Source: an uncultured Candidatus Saccharibacteria bacterium
Lineage (GTDB): Bacteria; Patescibacteriota; Minisyncoccia; Phycocordibacterales; UBA2100
Length of the DNA stretch: 64,000 nucleotides
Direction: 5' to 3'
NCBI GenBank assembly: GCA_964399865.1
Contig: CAYNRJ010000001.1
Location: 202,050 to 266,049, forward strand
In this document: one piece after another, positions 34,443 through 44,714 of the stretch
How positions within the stretch are numbered: position 1 is the stretch's first letter
Layout: every line of letters begins with the position of its first letter
Program-made: the position numbers and the translations under genes
Notes under the pieces: generated by a model
Database searches by the model: none
Told to the model about the DNA's origin: nothing
Seen by the model: only the letters and a program-made list of their open reading frames with translations

Positions 34443-34652
34443 TTATTGCGCAGAATTCTTCTCGATCACAATAGGCGTTCGACTACTATCTTTTGCCATC
34501 GTATAGCCGAGACCAAAACTGAGAACAGCGGCAAGAACGATGATGCAAAATATCACGAGCTCCCATTTGTATTCCCTCTTCACAATACCCACCTTCTCTC
34601 GGACAGACATGGAAATACGATACCATGAAGTGATCACTCCATGCGCTCGCAT
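34443..34652 (-). CDS. hypothetical small membrane protein
   Basis: 69 aa, one TM helix; overlaps the comEC start region. Confidence 0.2.
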   Translation of the reverse strand: MRAHGVITSWYRISMSVREKVGIVKREYKWELVIFCIIVLAAVLSFGLGYTMAKDSSRTPIVIEKNSAQ

Positions 34653-36098
34653 GATTTCTTCTTTATTTCTACCTGTGCTTTCCTTGCGGGAGTCATATCC
34701 GGCGGATTAGGAATAGCTCCAGCGTTCGGTGCGATTTTTATACTTGTTGCAACACTCATTATTTTTCTTGTTTTTAAGTTACCGCTCCGCCCCCTTCTCG
34801 TAGTTACCGCACTTTTCTTAACTGGGAGCATCTACTATTCAATCGATGATTACAAGTACCGCGAAACGCGATATGCCGTCGAACGCGTACAAGTAATCGA
34901 AGGTGTGATTATAGACGAACCGCGAAGAAAGACGGATTCTCAAAATCTCGAGGTCCGTATACATTCTTCTGACCAAGAGGAAGCAGTGGGCGGAAGCGTC
35001 TATGTCAGGATCGATCCGATCCCAGAGATATCGTACGGGGACATTGTCAGAGTTGACGGTGAGATAGTTCCTCCCCCGCAAGACTCGTACGGAAACTATA
35101 TGGCCAAGGAGCATGTCCACGGCTCATTCTTTTATCCCACGATAGAAATACTCGGCAACGATGCGAATCCGCTCCTAGCAGGATTATTTGGGATCCGTAA
35201 TCATATACAAAAAGTTCTTGAGAGGCTGTTTACCGCCCAGCAAGCAGCATTCCTATCTGGGATCATGCTCGGTGATAAAGACGGATTCTCGCCGGAATTC
35301 CTGGAGAAGCTCTCCGCAAGCGGAACGATGCACCTTATGGCGCTCTCTGGACTTAACATGACGATTATCGTGTTCGTAGCTATTGGGATTTTCTCAGTCG
35401 TATTTTGGAAGCGAAAACGGTCTCAGTTCATTGCTACATTTGCAACAGTCGCTCTTTTCGTCGCAATGACTGGCTTCCAGGTTTCAGCGATACGTGCCGC
35501 CCTCATGGCATTTCTCGTCGGCTTCGCAACAATTTCCGGTCGCCTGTACAATCCAAGAAACGCGATCGCATTTGCTGCCCTTCTACTTACGATCTGGAAT
35601 CCAAAAGCTCCGGTATATGATCTTGGATTCCAGCTCTCGTTCCTGGCTACCATCGCTATTATCTACCTCACTCCAGTACTAAAGCGATTCTCTCTCTTCC
35701 AGACAAATGGTGTGTTGGGATGGCGTGACGTGCTGGCAATCACGCTCGCTGCGCAGATCGGCGTTTTTCCTATAACCATTATTAATTTCGCGAACTTTTC
35801 ATTTACTTCCCTCCTCGCCAATATTGCGATACTTGCGGTTATTCCACTCCTTACCGTATTTGGATTTATTATCGCGGCAGCGGGAATGATATTTCCACCG
35901 CTCGGCGCTCTTCTCGCCAAGCCTGCAGCGTTCCTCATAGACTATGTCGTCATCGTTGTCGAAACATTTGCCTCTGTTCGCATTCCATTCAACCCAGAGT
36001 TCGGTTTTTTCACCGCACTCCTCTATTACGCCGTAGTAGTATGGATATGTTGGCGCTATCCCCCTCGACATGACGCAACAACACAAGAAAACAGGTAA
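34641..36098 (+). CDS. comEC: ComEC/Rec2 DNA-internalisation channel (DUF4131 + competence domain only)
   Basis: 485 aa polytopic protein with the ComEC competence-domain signature (HLMALSGLNMTI); it lacks the C-terminal MBL domain. Confidence 0.85.
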   Translation: MRSHDFFFISTCAFLAGVISGGLGIAPAFGAIFILVATLIIFLVFKLPLRPLLVVTALFLTGSIYYSIDDYKYRETRYAVERVQVIEGVIIDEPRRKTDSQNLEVRIHSSDQEEAVGGSVYVRIDPIPEISYGDIVRVDGEIVPPPQDSYGNYMAKEHVHGSFFYPTIEILGNDANPLLAGLFGIRNHIQKVLERLFTAQQAAFLSGIMLGDKDGFSPEFLEKLSASGTMHLMALSGLNMTIIVFVAIGIFSVVFWKRKRSQFIATFATVALFVAMTGFQVSAIRAALMAFLVGFATISGRLYNPRNAIAFAALLLTIWNPKAPVYDLGFQLSFLATIAIIYLTPVLKRFSLFQTNGVLGWRDVLAITLAAQIGVFPITIINFANFSFTSLLANIAILAVIPLLTVFGFIIAAAGMIFPPLGALLAKPAAFLIDYVVIVVETFASVRIPFNPEFGFFTALLYYAVVVWICWRYPPRHDATTQENR

Positions 36099-37611
36099 CG
36101 AGTATTTCGCCGGCGTCGAAATATCCGAAAGTGTGTTCGGGTCGCGCAAAATTCTGGTTCAACTCGGCACAATTATCGCCGTCGGCCTTACCTGTTGGAT
36201 ATGGTTTGGCATTCTGACTACACAAAAAATAGCGGGGGCGACATATATTCTCGACATAGGCCAGGGTGACAGTCAGCTAGTAGTTCTCCCCTCGCCCGAT
36301 AAAAAAACTGCAGTCAAGATCCTGATAGACGGCGGGAAGGACAGACGTGTACTGGACGCACTCGACGAGGCTCTTGGCGCTCTCAACAATAAGTATATTG
36401 ATATAGTCGTCATGACCCATACCGATCTCGATCACATGGGCGGACTTGTCGAGGTACTAAAGAGATACGATGTTGGATTATTCGTTTCGAATGGACGAGC
36501 AGCAGACTCGGACGCATATAGAATGCTTCAAAAGGAGCTATCGGATCGCGAGATCCACACGATAACGTTACTTGAGGGAGACCGTATACGATACGGCGAC
36601 AGCGATGTATTTATCATTTCTCCCGACCCTGCTCTCCTCGCTAGCAAGGAAGTAAATGAGGCAAGCATTGTCACGATGCTGACTACAAATTCGTCGAGGG
36701 GCGAAGTAAAAATGCTTTTTACTGCAGACATAGGCATTACAACTGAGAATATTCTTATCAAGAAAGGATACGACTTACGGGCAGATGTACTGAAGGTGGG
36801 TCACCATGGTTCAAGGTATTCATCTGGCGACAATTTTGTCGCTGCCGTGCATCCCGTTGTTTCTGCCATAGGGGTCGGAAAGAACACCTATGGCCATCCG
36901 ACGGCACGAGCTCTTGAAACACTCGAGCTTGCTGGTTCGCGCATCTATCGTACCGACCAGGATGGCACGATTAAAATACCTTTTGATGATGAGGGCGTAT
37001 CGGAGAGTGCTGCAACTACTCATAAAACAGGCTTCCTCGCAGCAATCTCAAGCATCCTTTCAGGTGGATACAAGAAGGATCCCTTGACCACCGTGTCACT
37101 CTCAAGCGCCGAAGAAAGTGGGCGCGAATTCAAACTCACCCCATACAAGCAGTGTTCTTTTGCAGCCGGAGGAAATCCGAAACATTCACCCGTCATACTG
37201 AGTGAGATTGCGTGGATGGGTGGCGGAGGTGGGTCGACGCATGAATGGATTGAGTTGAAGAACATCTCTGGCAAAGCACTGAATCTATCCGGTTGGCAGA
37301 TCCTGAACGAAAATGAAAGGGTACGTATCACGTTCCCCCAAAAATCTACATTCGATTCACAATTCATCATGCTCGCCCGCGCTGCGGCGAACGATTCTTT
37401 ACAACTTGATGCGGATATCATTTTTACCGGCTCAATACGCAATTCGAACGAGGGGTTGCGACTTTTTGATAACGAGTGCAATTTGATAGACGAGGTGTTT
37501 GCATCCCCTTCTTGGCCCGCGGGAGATAACAAATCCAAGAAGACGATGGAACGTGTAGGAGGACTTGGGTGGATCACGTCGAATATCGAGAACGGTACGC
37601 CCCGGCAGTGA
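36070..37611 (+). CDS. ComEC-type metallo-beta-lactamase domain fused to a lamin-tail domain (LTD)
   Basis: HTDLDH and HHGS motifs of the ComEC C-terminal MBL fold, plus a C-terminal LTD (ILSEIAWMGGGGGSTHEWIELKN). N-terminal TM helix. Confidence 0.8.
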   Translation: MTQQHKKTGNEYFAGVEISESVFGSRKILVQLGTIIAVGLTCWIWFGILTTQKIAGATYILDIGQGDSQLVVLPSPDKKTAVKILIDGGKDRRVLDALDEALGALNNKYIDIVVMTHTDLDHMGGLVEVLKRYDVGLFVSNGRAADSDAYRMLQKELSDREIHTITLLEGDRIRYGDSDVFIISPDPALLASKEVNEASIVTMLTTNSSRGEVKMLFTADIGITTENILIKKGYDLRADVLKVGHHGSRYSSGDNFVAAVHPVVSAIGVGKNTYGHPTARALETLELAGSRIYRTDQDGTIKIPFDDEGVSESAATTHKTGFLAAISSILSGGYKKDPLTTVSLSSAEESGREFKLTPYKQCSFAAGGNPKHSPVILSEIAWMGGGGGSTHEWIELKNISGKALNLSGWQILNENERVRITFPQKSTFDSQFIMLARAAANDSLQLDADIIFTGSIRNSNEGLRLFDNECNLIDEVFASPSWPAGDNKSKKTMERVGGLGWITSNIENGTPRQ

Positions 37612-37770
37612 GGCCTGGCCTCACTGCGTTGAGTAAGAAACTAATTGACAGAGTCATTCAGCCATGCTATCTTTCTCGTATCAATCTAGCGCTGACCCAG
37701 AGGTAAGGGGTCGAACTCTCCACTTTCAGCCCACTGTTTGATACTTTATCCAAGATTCATCCAAATGCAC

Positions 37771-37974
37771 ATGCAAACAGGAATAATCGCCCGTCTCACC
37801 GACAAGGGTTTCGGGTTCATCACTCGCGAGGGGGAGGCAAAAGATCTCTTTTTCCACTCTAACGAGCTCGTCAACACAACGTTCGACGCTCTCCGCGAGG
37901 GTGACAAGCTTGAGTTTGAAGTTGCGGACAGCCCAAAAGGCCCTAACGCAGTCAAAGTCAGCAAGATCTCATAA
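37771..37974 (+). CDS. cspA: cold-shock protein (CspA family)
   Basis: RNP1 KGFGFI and RNP2 motifs. The start is the internal MQTGIIARL; there is a long 5' UTR upstream. Confidence 0.9.
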   Translation: MQTGIIARLTDKGFGFITREGEAKDLFFHSNELVNTTFDALREGDKLEFEVADSPKGPNAVKVSKIS

Positions 37975-37985
37975 GGATCTATAAC

Positions 37986-38020
37986 AAAAAGCGCCCCTTA
38001 CGGGGCGTTTTTTGTTTTGG
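37986..38020. terminator. bidirectional intrinsic terminator (csp / SWIB gene)
   Basis: AAAAAGCGCCCC-TTAC-GGGGCGTTTTTTGTTTT. Confidence 0.65.
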
Positions 38021-38033
38021 ATACTTCCCTAGC

Positions 38034-38288
38034 TTAGGAAAGGTGCTTGGAGACGAGCTTCGTCATCTCAAACATGTTCACAACGTCCTTCCCTCCGAAT
38101 ACCTTCTTGAGAGCAGCATCCGCATTGATGTTGCGCTTGTTCTTAGGGTCCTGGAGGTCCTTCCCTTTGATGTACACCCAGAGCTTTTTGACGACTTCAG
38201 AGCGTGGAAGAGGGCCATTACCTACGACAGCTGCCAACTCAGGGCTGACAGTCAAAGGCTTCATAAAGGCAGATGTTGGTTTTGCCAT
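38034..38288 (-). CDS. SWIB/MDM2-domain protein
   Basis: 84-aa protein: LSPELAAVVG..PRSEVVKKLWVYIKGKDLQDP..NADAALKKVFG matches the SWIB domain consensus. Confidence 0.75.
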   Translation of the reverse strand: MAKPTSAFMKPLTVSPELAAVVGNGPLPRSEVVKKLWVYIKGKDLQDPKNKRNINADAALKKVFGGKDVVNMFEMTKLVSKHLS

Positions 38289-38616
38289 GATCTTAATCAG
38301 TTAATTAATAGATAGGAGCATTGTACCCCCTAGGGGAAACCCCGCCATAGAGGGTGGGGACAGCGGGAGGCGCTCGTCAGCATGCCTTTAGGGAACCCGG
38401 CCGCGCCCTCCTGCGGGGCGCGACTTTATGCTTCAACGCGTCGCGGCACTCCGGGAGTGCCGTCCAAGCCGACGCGTCTCCAGAGGTTCCCAAAAGACAT
38501 ACTTCCTCGCTTGAAATATTAAGGAAATTCTCACTTCCTACCTCTCTATCTGCGAAGACCCTCAATAGGCAATACCCCTCGCTTGAAAATTTTGGGTAAA
38601 AACGCCTTTCCGCCCA

Positions 38617-39270
38617 TTAGGACGTTAGTCTGTTGATGACCGAAAATGCCTTATCCACGTCCTTATCGTGGAATAGAATGCTGAATTCCCTATTCACGGA
38701 CATTACCTCTACGAAACTTATCCTTTCCCAGGCAAGAGCCTTAAGGATTGGATGGTAGATGCCAGGAATATCGAGGGTTTCCTCTGGGAGACGGATGGTT
38801 ATAGCGGAAAGCCCGGCGATCCTACGCACCCTCTCCTTCCCTTTCAGCGCGGCAGCAACTTCTTCGTCAAACTCTTGGTTGATCACTAGTAGGGATTCGT
38901 GAAGTCCACGAGAGAAGTTAACGAACGCGCCGCTTTTGCTTTTCGTTGTATCAAAAGCGAGCGCGCCTATGTTCGATAGGTCGGGAGAATTCGGAAAAAC
39001 ATACTCTACAAGGTTCGAGCGCACTGTTATGTCGTGCATTCTCTTAAGAAAGTCAGTTGCAAAGGGTGCTCGACGGAGGGTCTTCTGGGAAAGTCTGTGG
39101 AGGGCCATGGCGATAGAAGCCTCAGATACTTCCTCTAGGAGTCTCTTCTCTATCTCCGGTCGTATCTTACGTGCAACCTCTGCACTATTCGCTATCCCCT
39201 CGGAAAGTGCCTCCGCGTAGAATGGCGAATTGCCAATCACCTCTTCGACTACCTGACTTACCGTTCTCAT
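38617..39270 (-). CDS. hypothetical protein, possible C-terminal ACT-like domain
   Basis: 217 aa, divergent from the aspartate kinase gene; family uncertain. Confidence 0.35.
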   Translation of the reverse strand: MRTVSQVVEEVIGNSPFYAEALSEGIANSAEVARKIRPEIEKRLLEEVSEASIAMALHRLSQKTLRRAPFATDFLKRMHDITVRSNLVEYVFPNSPDLSNIGALAFDTTKSKSGAFVNFSRGLHESLLVINQEFDEEVAAALKGKERVRRIAGLSAITIRLPEETLDIPGIYHPILKALAWERISFVEVMSVNREFSILFHDKDVDKAFSVINRLTS

Positions 39271-39401
39271 TGTTATATTTCTAACAAATGGTGAGAAAAT
39301 TGCAATAATACGTAATAAACTTGCCTCACCTCCTAATTTCTCATAGGTTGCCTGTAGGCAGGGAAACCTGCGAACAATACTGGCCCGCGGAGGATACTAG
39401 A

Positions 39402-40745
39402 ATGACTGACCAGAAAATCATCGTCGCGAAGTTCGGCGGAACTTCCCTTGCGGATGCCCAGCGGATCCGCCATGTCGTGAAAATCATACACGCTGACCCT
39501 GCGCGCAGATGCATCGTCGTCTCCGCACCGGGAAAGCGTTTCAAGGGCGATACGAAGGTCACCGACCTCTTGAAGCAATGGGTCGAGTGTCCCGACAAGC
39601 GAGAGCACATCTTCAGCACGATCCGCGAACGCTTCACCGAGATCGTTCGTGAGCTTGGGCTTTCCCTCGACATCAACGCGCTCTTGGGTCAGATCTTGGC
39701 CAAGGCGAAATATCGCGACCAAAAGCGCCTCCTACACTTCATGATGAGCCGAGGTGAGTGGCTGAGTGCGCAAATTGTGGCCGCGGCGTGCGATTTCGAG
39801 TTCGTGGATGCGGCAGACGTCATTCACTTCACTTCAGGACGCTTCGACATGGAGCTGACAATGAAGATGGAGGGCCTTTTCAATCGTACGGCAAGAGCTC
39901 AGCGCGGCATTGTCATTCCTGGGTTCTATGGCACTTCATACTCATCACGCCTCCGAATGACGGGCGGGAGGATCTGTACATTCAGCCGTGGAGGATCCGA
40001 CATCACGGGGTCCATCATGGCGGTCATCATCGGCGCATCAGTCTATGAGAACTGGACCGATGTCGATGGTGTTCTCTCGGCTGATCCACGGATCGTGAAG
40101 AATCCAAGGCTGATCCGCGAAATGAGCTACGTGGAATTGCGTGAACTCTCGTACAGAGGAGCGGATGTATTCCACACGGACGCTGCATGGTGGGTGTGGG
40201 ATAACAATATTCCCACCCACATCCGAAACACGGCACACCCTGAATCCGAGGGCACATGGATTCGCCCGACCTCAGGAGCTGCGGCAGGTGTGGTGACCGG
40301 GATTGCAGCGAGAAACGGCTTCACCGTTCTCACAATCCGAAAGTACGACATGCAATTCGGCTACCTTCACAAGCTGACGGGCGTGTTCTATCGCCTGCGG
40401 ATCGACATCGCGCACGTGTTGGACAGCGTCGACACCGTGAGCTTCGTCATCTCTTCGGAGGACTTCCGAGCAAAACGCGAACGCATCGAGCAAGAGCTCG
40501 AGCGTTCGTGCGAGCCGGACCGGATTGACGTCGAGGAAGACGTCATGATCGTGTGCACCGTGGGACTCCGCATGAAGCACGCGCACGGTGTGGCGGGTCG
40601 GCTCACCACCGCCGTAGGTAAAGTCGGAGCCAGCATGTCCATCATCGATCAGAGCGCCGCCGAAAATAACATCACCATCGGTGTTAAGGAGGTGGATGGT
40701 GTGCGAGTGATCAATGCCATCCACGATGAGTTCGTTCCACAGTAG
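39402..40745 (+). CDS. lysC: aspartate kinase (monofunctional, with C-terminal ACT domains)
   Basis: KFGGTSL N-terminus and ACT regulatory domains. The start is the internal MTDQKIIV with a GGAGGA Shine-Dalgarno sequence. Confidence 0.9.
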   Translation: MTDQKIIVAKFGGTSLADAQRIRHVVKIIHADPARRCIVVSAPGKRFKGDTKVTDLLKQWVECPDKREHIFSTIRERFTEIVRELGLSLDINALLGQILAKAKYRDQKRLLHFMMSRGEWLSAQIVAAACDFEFVDAADVIHFTSGRFDMELTMKMEGLFNRTARAQRGIVIPGFYGTSYSSRLRMTGGRICTFSRGGSDITGSIMAVIIGASVYENWTDVDGVLSADPRIVKNPRLIREMSYVELRELSYRGADVFHTDAAWWVWDNNIPTHIRNTAHPESEGTWIRPTSGAAAGVVTGIAARNGFTVLTIRKYDMQFGYLHKLTGVFYRLRIDIAHVLDSVDTVSFVISSEDFRAKRERIEQELERSCEPDRIDVEEDVMIVCTVGLRMKHAHGVAGRLTTAVGKVGASMSIIDQSAAENNITIGVKEVDGVRVINAIHDEFVPQ

Positions 40746-40822
40746 GTACGGATGCGATGTATCCTACTCACCCGAATCGCCGCCCCCGGGTAAAGGGGCG
40801 GCACTTTTCATATCTCACTTAA

Positions 40823-41188
40823 TTACTCCACCACCACGGACGTACTGCACGAAGATGCCGCGCCTGATTCAGAGCCGACGGTTAGAGTATAGGTCGTTGA
40901 TTCCTCGGGCGTGACGAACATGCCCGCTGCTATAGAAACTTCCCCGACGTCGGAGAGCCACGCAACCGAGGCATTTTCTGACGTCCACGCAATACTTATC
41001 TCTTCGCCAATCTCAATAACGTCTTTACTTGGCGCAATGGTGCAAGTAGGAAGAGCTCGAGGTGTCGCTGCAACAGCTGCGACCTGCTGGAAAGTAGACG
41101 GGGCCTCGAGGATCGGAATAAAAGTAGCAATGCCGGTAAATACGACAAGAACCGCTAGCCCAAAGATGGCCGCTCTAAGCATTCCCAC
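40823..41188 (-). CDS. hypothetical secreted protein
   Basis: 121 aa, N-terminal signal anchor. Confidence 0.4.
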   Translation of the reverse strand: MGMLRAAIFGLAVLVVFTGIATFIPILEAPSTFQQVAAVAATPRALPTCTIAPSKDVIEIGEEISIAWTSENASVAWLSDVGEVSIAAGMFVTPEESTTYTLTVGSESGAASSCSTSVVVE

Positions 41189-41257
41189 AATGGTACCTTA
41201 CGTTATGCATTCGCCTCGCATATAGGGTGTGGATTCGTAAGGTATACTTACATACTA

Positions 41258-42031
41258 ATGAGGCAGGTGAAGATAGTGTCACTCAATATTCAGCACGGAT
41301 GGAATTCAGATGGCGCTATGCCAGTCATATTCCGCAAAGCTGACCTACTAACGAATCTCAATAAGATTTCTGACCTTTTAAAGGAGCATCAACCTGACGT
41401 TGTCCTTCTTCAAGAAGTTGATCGCATCTCTCCCTTAACTCGAAAGATCGATCAATTACAGTACATCGCCGAGCGCGTTGGCTATCTGCATCATGCACAT
41501 GGTGTATCGAGTGAAATGAGAGTGGGAAATCGCATTGTGTACGCAGCGGGTTGTGGAATCATGTCCCGCTTCCCTATCACTTCGAGCGAGAATATTAAAT
41601 TTGATCTAACATTCCCATCTCCTAGAAAAGGATTCCTCGTCGCGACGCTTCAAGTCGAAGAATCCAAGAAATTGACCGTCGTGTCCGCGCATCTTCCTGT
41701 ACTTGATGTTCTCAGGGTTGGCTCAAGACGAGGTCAAATACAGCGAATGATAGAGACGCTTAGAAATCGAGGGCCTGTGGTCATAGGAGGAGATCTCAAT
41801 ATGAGTCTATCCCTTATCAACCGCGAAAATATACGGATTCTTGCTACAGGACTCAATATGGAGACCCACTCCTCTAGTATCATCTCCGATTCAGCTACCT
41901 ATCCGGCATGGGATCCGAGAAGAAATATAGATTGGATCTTTGCTTCCCGTGAACTTACCATCTCTGACTACAAAGTCCTTAGGGAGCGCGTATCGGACCA
42001 TCTTGCAGTTCGAACAACAGTTACGATGTAG
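41258..42031 (+). CDS. endonuclease/exonuclease/phosphatase (EEP) family protein
   Basis: VSLNIQHG N-terminal motif, catalytic Asp/His (SDHLAV) at the C-terminus. Confidence 0.8.
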   Translation: MRQVKIVSLNIQHGWNSDGAMPVIFRKADLLTNLNKISDLLKEHQPDVVLLQEVDRISPLTRKIDQLQYIAERVGYLHHAHGVSSEMRVGNRIVYAAGCGIMSRFPITSSENIKFDLTFPSPRKGFLVATLQVEESKKLTVVSAHLPVLDVLRVGSRRGQIQRMIETLRNRGPVVIGGDLNMSLSLINRENIRILATGLNMETHSSSIISDSATYPAWDPRRNIDWIFASRELTISDYKVLRERVSDHLAVRTTVTM

Positions 42032-42037
42032 TCGCCG

Positions 42038-42081
42038 CCTTCTAAAACACAAAACCGCCCCATCCTGCAGAGGGCGGTTTT
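42038..42081. terminator. intrinsic terminator (strong on the minus strand for the DUF378 gene)
   Basis: AAACCGCCC-loop-GGGCGGTTT with a U-run on the complement. Confidence 0.55.
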
Positions 42082-42098
42082 GCCTAAGACGACTCAAC

Positions 42099-42326
42099 TT
42101 ACATCATCGAGCCACCCATAGGTGAGCTCTTCTTTTTTGCGACAACTTGGTATACAGCCGAGAGACCGACCAATACGTATACTATGTTCTCAAGCATAGA
42201 CCATGAACCAAGGAGCATATGGACAACATTCAAGTCGGTTCCGAGGAAGTTCCCTAGTCCTACAAGACCCCAGTTGATAGCTCCTACGAGCACCAAGATC
42301 CACGTGATCAATTGCAAATTCTTCAT
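42099..42326 (-). CDS. DUF378 family small membrane protein
   Basis: 75 aa, two TM helices with the INWGLVG signature. Confidence 0.7.
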   Translation of the reverse strand: MKNLQLITWILVLVGAINWGLVGLGNFLGTDLNVVHMLLGSWSMLENIVYVLVGLSAVYQVVAKKKSSPMGGSMM

Positions 42327-42526
42327 GAGAAAAAGGCTTTATTGGTTACTAATTCGACCCCGTAAAGTCATTACATGAAGTATGAACTTCTCATGAAAAT
42401 GCGCTAATTAGTTATCCACTGTGGGAAAAATCCTTAGAAAGCTCACTGTGTGAAGAACTTCAGGTAATCTTCAGCTAATCCGTGGCAGAATGCCTATGTA
42501 ATCTGCCATTGTGAAGCACTATTTAT

Positions 42527-44581
42527 ATGAATGATCGCGTCCCGATGATACTCACAGCCCTGGTAGTTGGCGCGAGCATTCTTCTTACTGGCAAACTCGG
42601 TCACTACATATATTTCACTCTGGACACGAGTCCCGCACTGCTTTGGCCCCCTGTCGGCATCGCGCTCGCTGCCGTAGTACTTGGCGGATATCGCATGTGG
42701 CTACCCATCGCGATAGCAAATTACCTTTTGATCCTGACGAGTCCCTCTAACCCATCCCTTATAACAATCGCTGTATTTACAGTCGCTTATACTCTGCAGC
42801 CCCTCATAGGGGGATACCTTTTCCGCCGCCTTAATTTCACCGGGAAAATGGACAGGGTGCGTGAAGCGGTGTCGCTTATTACAATCGGCGCACTTGTTAC
42901 CGCCGTGGCTCCCGCTGCAATTACCGCAACGCATTATTTGATGGACACATTAACACTTACCCCCTTTAATACTTGGAGCAGAATATGGGCTGGCGGATTC
43001 TTCAGTATTCTCGTCCTTACGCCTCTTCTTACCGCGTGGGTATCTCAGCGAAGCGAACGATTCAATCGGAATGACATTCTTCAAATTATCGTTGCGTTCT
43101 TCTTTCTGATCGTTGCGATATATCTCACGTTCTGGACTTCGTTTCCAAGCGTGAATGTCTTTATTACCTTGTACTTACTTTTTGCTCCGCTTCTATGGAT
43201 TGGCCTCCGATTTGGAGGACGTCTCATGTCTGTTGGGATATTTCTTCTGGCATCGCTCGGTATGGCGGGATCCATCATCGCGATGCCAAGTACTGTACCG
43301 CTTCCACAGCAACTTTTTGCAAACGAGCTTTTCGTAATATTAATCGCCCCTATTTTTCTCATTGTCGCCACTCTTGTCGAAGAGCGGCGTACTGCCCACC
43401 TCCTCATGGCGGCTCGCGCAAAGGAACTAGAAGATGCCTTGAGCAAAGTTCGAGAAGAGGAACAAGCAAAGAACGAATTTCTTGCGATTCTCGCTCATGA
43501 ACTTCGAAATCCCCTTGCTCCTCTTCTTAGCTCGCTCGAACTATTCCGACTTGCTGGCTTTTCGTCGCCGGAAAAAAAACGTCTTGCAGATCGAATGGAC
43601 ACAAGTATTCACACCATCTCTCGCCTCCTTGATGACCTTCTGGATATTTCAAGACTTTCCCGCAAAGGCTACAAACTGAAGAAAGACGCACAGGATCTCT
43701 TGGCTATTTTAAAAGACTCCGTCGAAAGCGTTACTACATTTATCCAGGCTCGCGGCATAACGCTCACCTTATCTCTCCCCCATGAACCAGTATGGGTAGA
43801 AGCTGACAGATTGAGAATCGAACAAGTTTTCATCAACATATTGAACAATGCTGCTAAATACAGCGTCTCTGGCGGAAACATCCACGTGCGATGTTCTGTC
43901 GAAGGTACGAGCGTGTTCGTTCGTGTCCAAGATAGCGGTATAGGCATCGCAAGTGAGAGGATGCAGACGATATTCGAACCATTCCAGCATGATGGTCGCG
44001 CAGAATCAAAAAAAGGCGGTGGAATAGGAATAGGACTTTCAATCGCAAAGAAACTAGTGCTTCTGCATGACGGAGAGATTACCGCCGAGAGTGAGGGATT
44101 GGGACGCGGATCGACATTCACTGTCCGACTTCCTCTCGCTAACAATCCACCAGCTTCCCCCACCCAAGAGCACATATCTCTGCATGAGGTAACTCCTTCT
44201 GAAGCCGAAAAAAAGATACTCGTGGTGGATGATAACATCGCAGCGATCGAGAGCATGAGCAAGCTATTGAAGAGTAAAGGATATGTCGTACATATGGCAT
44301 ATAACGGAAAGGATGCCGAAACTTCTGTGACTTCACTGAAACCAGATGGGGTCGTACTCGATATCGGACTTCCCGACATTAGTGGGTACGAAATCGCTAC
44401 CCACCTTCGATCGAATGGCTACAAGGGAGTGCTTATAGCCCTCACCGGATACGGGCAGGATGATGACAAGGTGCGAGCGAAAAACGCCGGCTTCGATGCT
44501 CACCTCACCAAACCTGTTTCCATCTCCGAATTGAACGATACACTTGTGCGTCTATTTAAAATCTCCGACGATCTCATCTAA
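42527..44581 (+). CDS. hybrid sensor histidine kinase (MASE1-like membrane domain + HisKA + HATPase_c + C-terminal receiver)
   Basis: 8-TM N-domain, H-box AHELRNPL, N/G1/G2 boxes, C-terminal REC (VVLDIGLPD). Confidence 0.88.
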   Translation: MNDRVPMILTALVVGASILLTGKLGHYIYFTLDTSPALLWPPVGIALAAVVLGGYRMWLPIAIANYLLILTSPSNPSLITIAVFTVAYTLQPLIGGYLFRRLNFTGKMDRVREAVSLITIGALVTAVAPAAITATHYLMDTLTLTPFNTWSRIWAGGFFSILVLTPLLTAWVSQRSERFNRNDILQIIVAFFFLIVAIYLTFWTSFPSVNVFITLYLLFAPLLWIGLRFGGRLMSVGIFLLASLGMAGSIIAMPSTVPLPQQLFANELFVILIAPIFLIVATLVEERRTAHLLMAARAKELEDALSKVREEEQAKNEFLAILAHELRNPLAPLLSSLELFRLAGFSSPEKKRLADRMDTSIHTISRLLDDLLDISRLSRKGYKLKKDAQDLLAILKDSVESVTTFIQARGITLTLSLPHEPVWVEADRLRIEQVFINILNNAAKYSVSGGNIHVRCSVEGTSVFVRVQDSGIGIASERMQTIFEPFQHDGRAESKKGGGIGIGLSIAKKLVLLHDGEITAESEGLGRGSTFTVRLPLANNPPASPTQEHISLHEVTPSEAEKKILVVDDNIAAIESMSKLLKSKGYVVHMAYNGKDAETSVTSLKPDGVVLDIGLPDISGYEIATHLRSNGYKGVLIALTGYGQDDDKVRAKNAGFDAHLTKPVSISELNDTLVRLFKISDDLI

Positions 44582-44714
44582 CATTTTTGTACGTTCTCTT
44601 CCCATCACAAGGATGCGAAGAATGTACGCGCCATCTTCATGAATTCCACAGGAACTATATGCCTTAATGAAGGATGAGGTTTTGCTTTTGCTTAGAAGCT
44701 AATTCACAACAACT

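Noticed and set aside
43669-44379. 236-aa minus-strand ORF inside the hybrid histidine kinase gene
   Set aside because: It is antisense to the kinase's conserved HATPase_c region and has no independent support.
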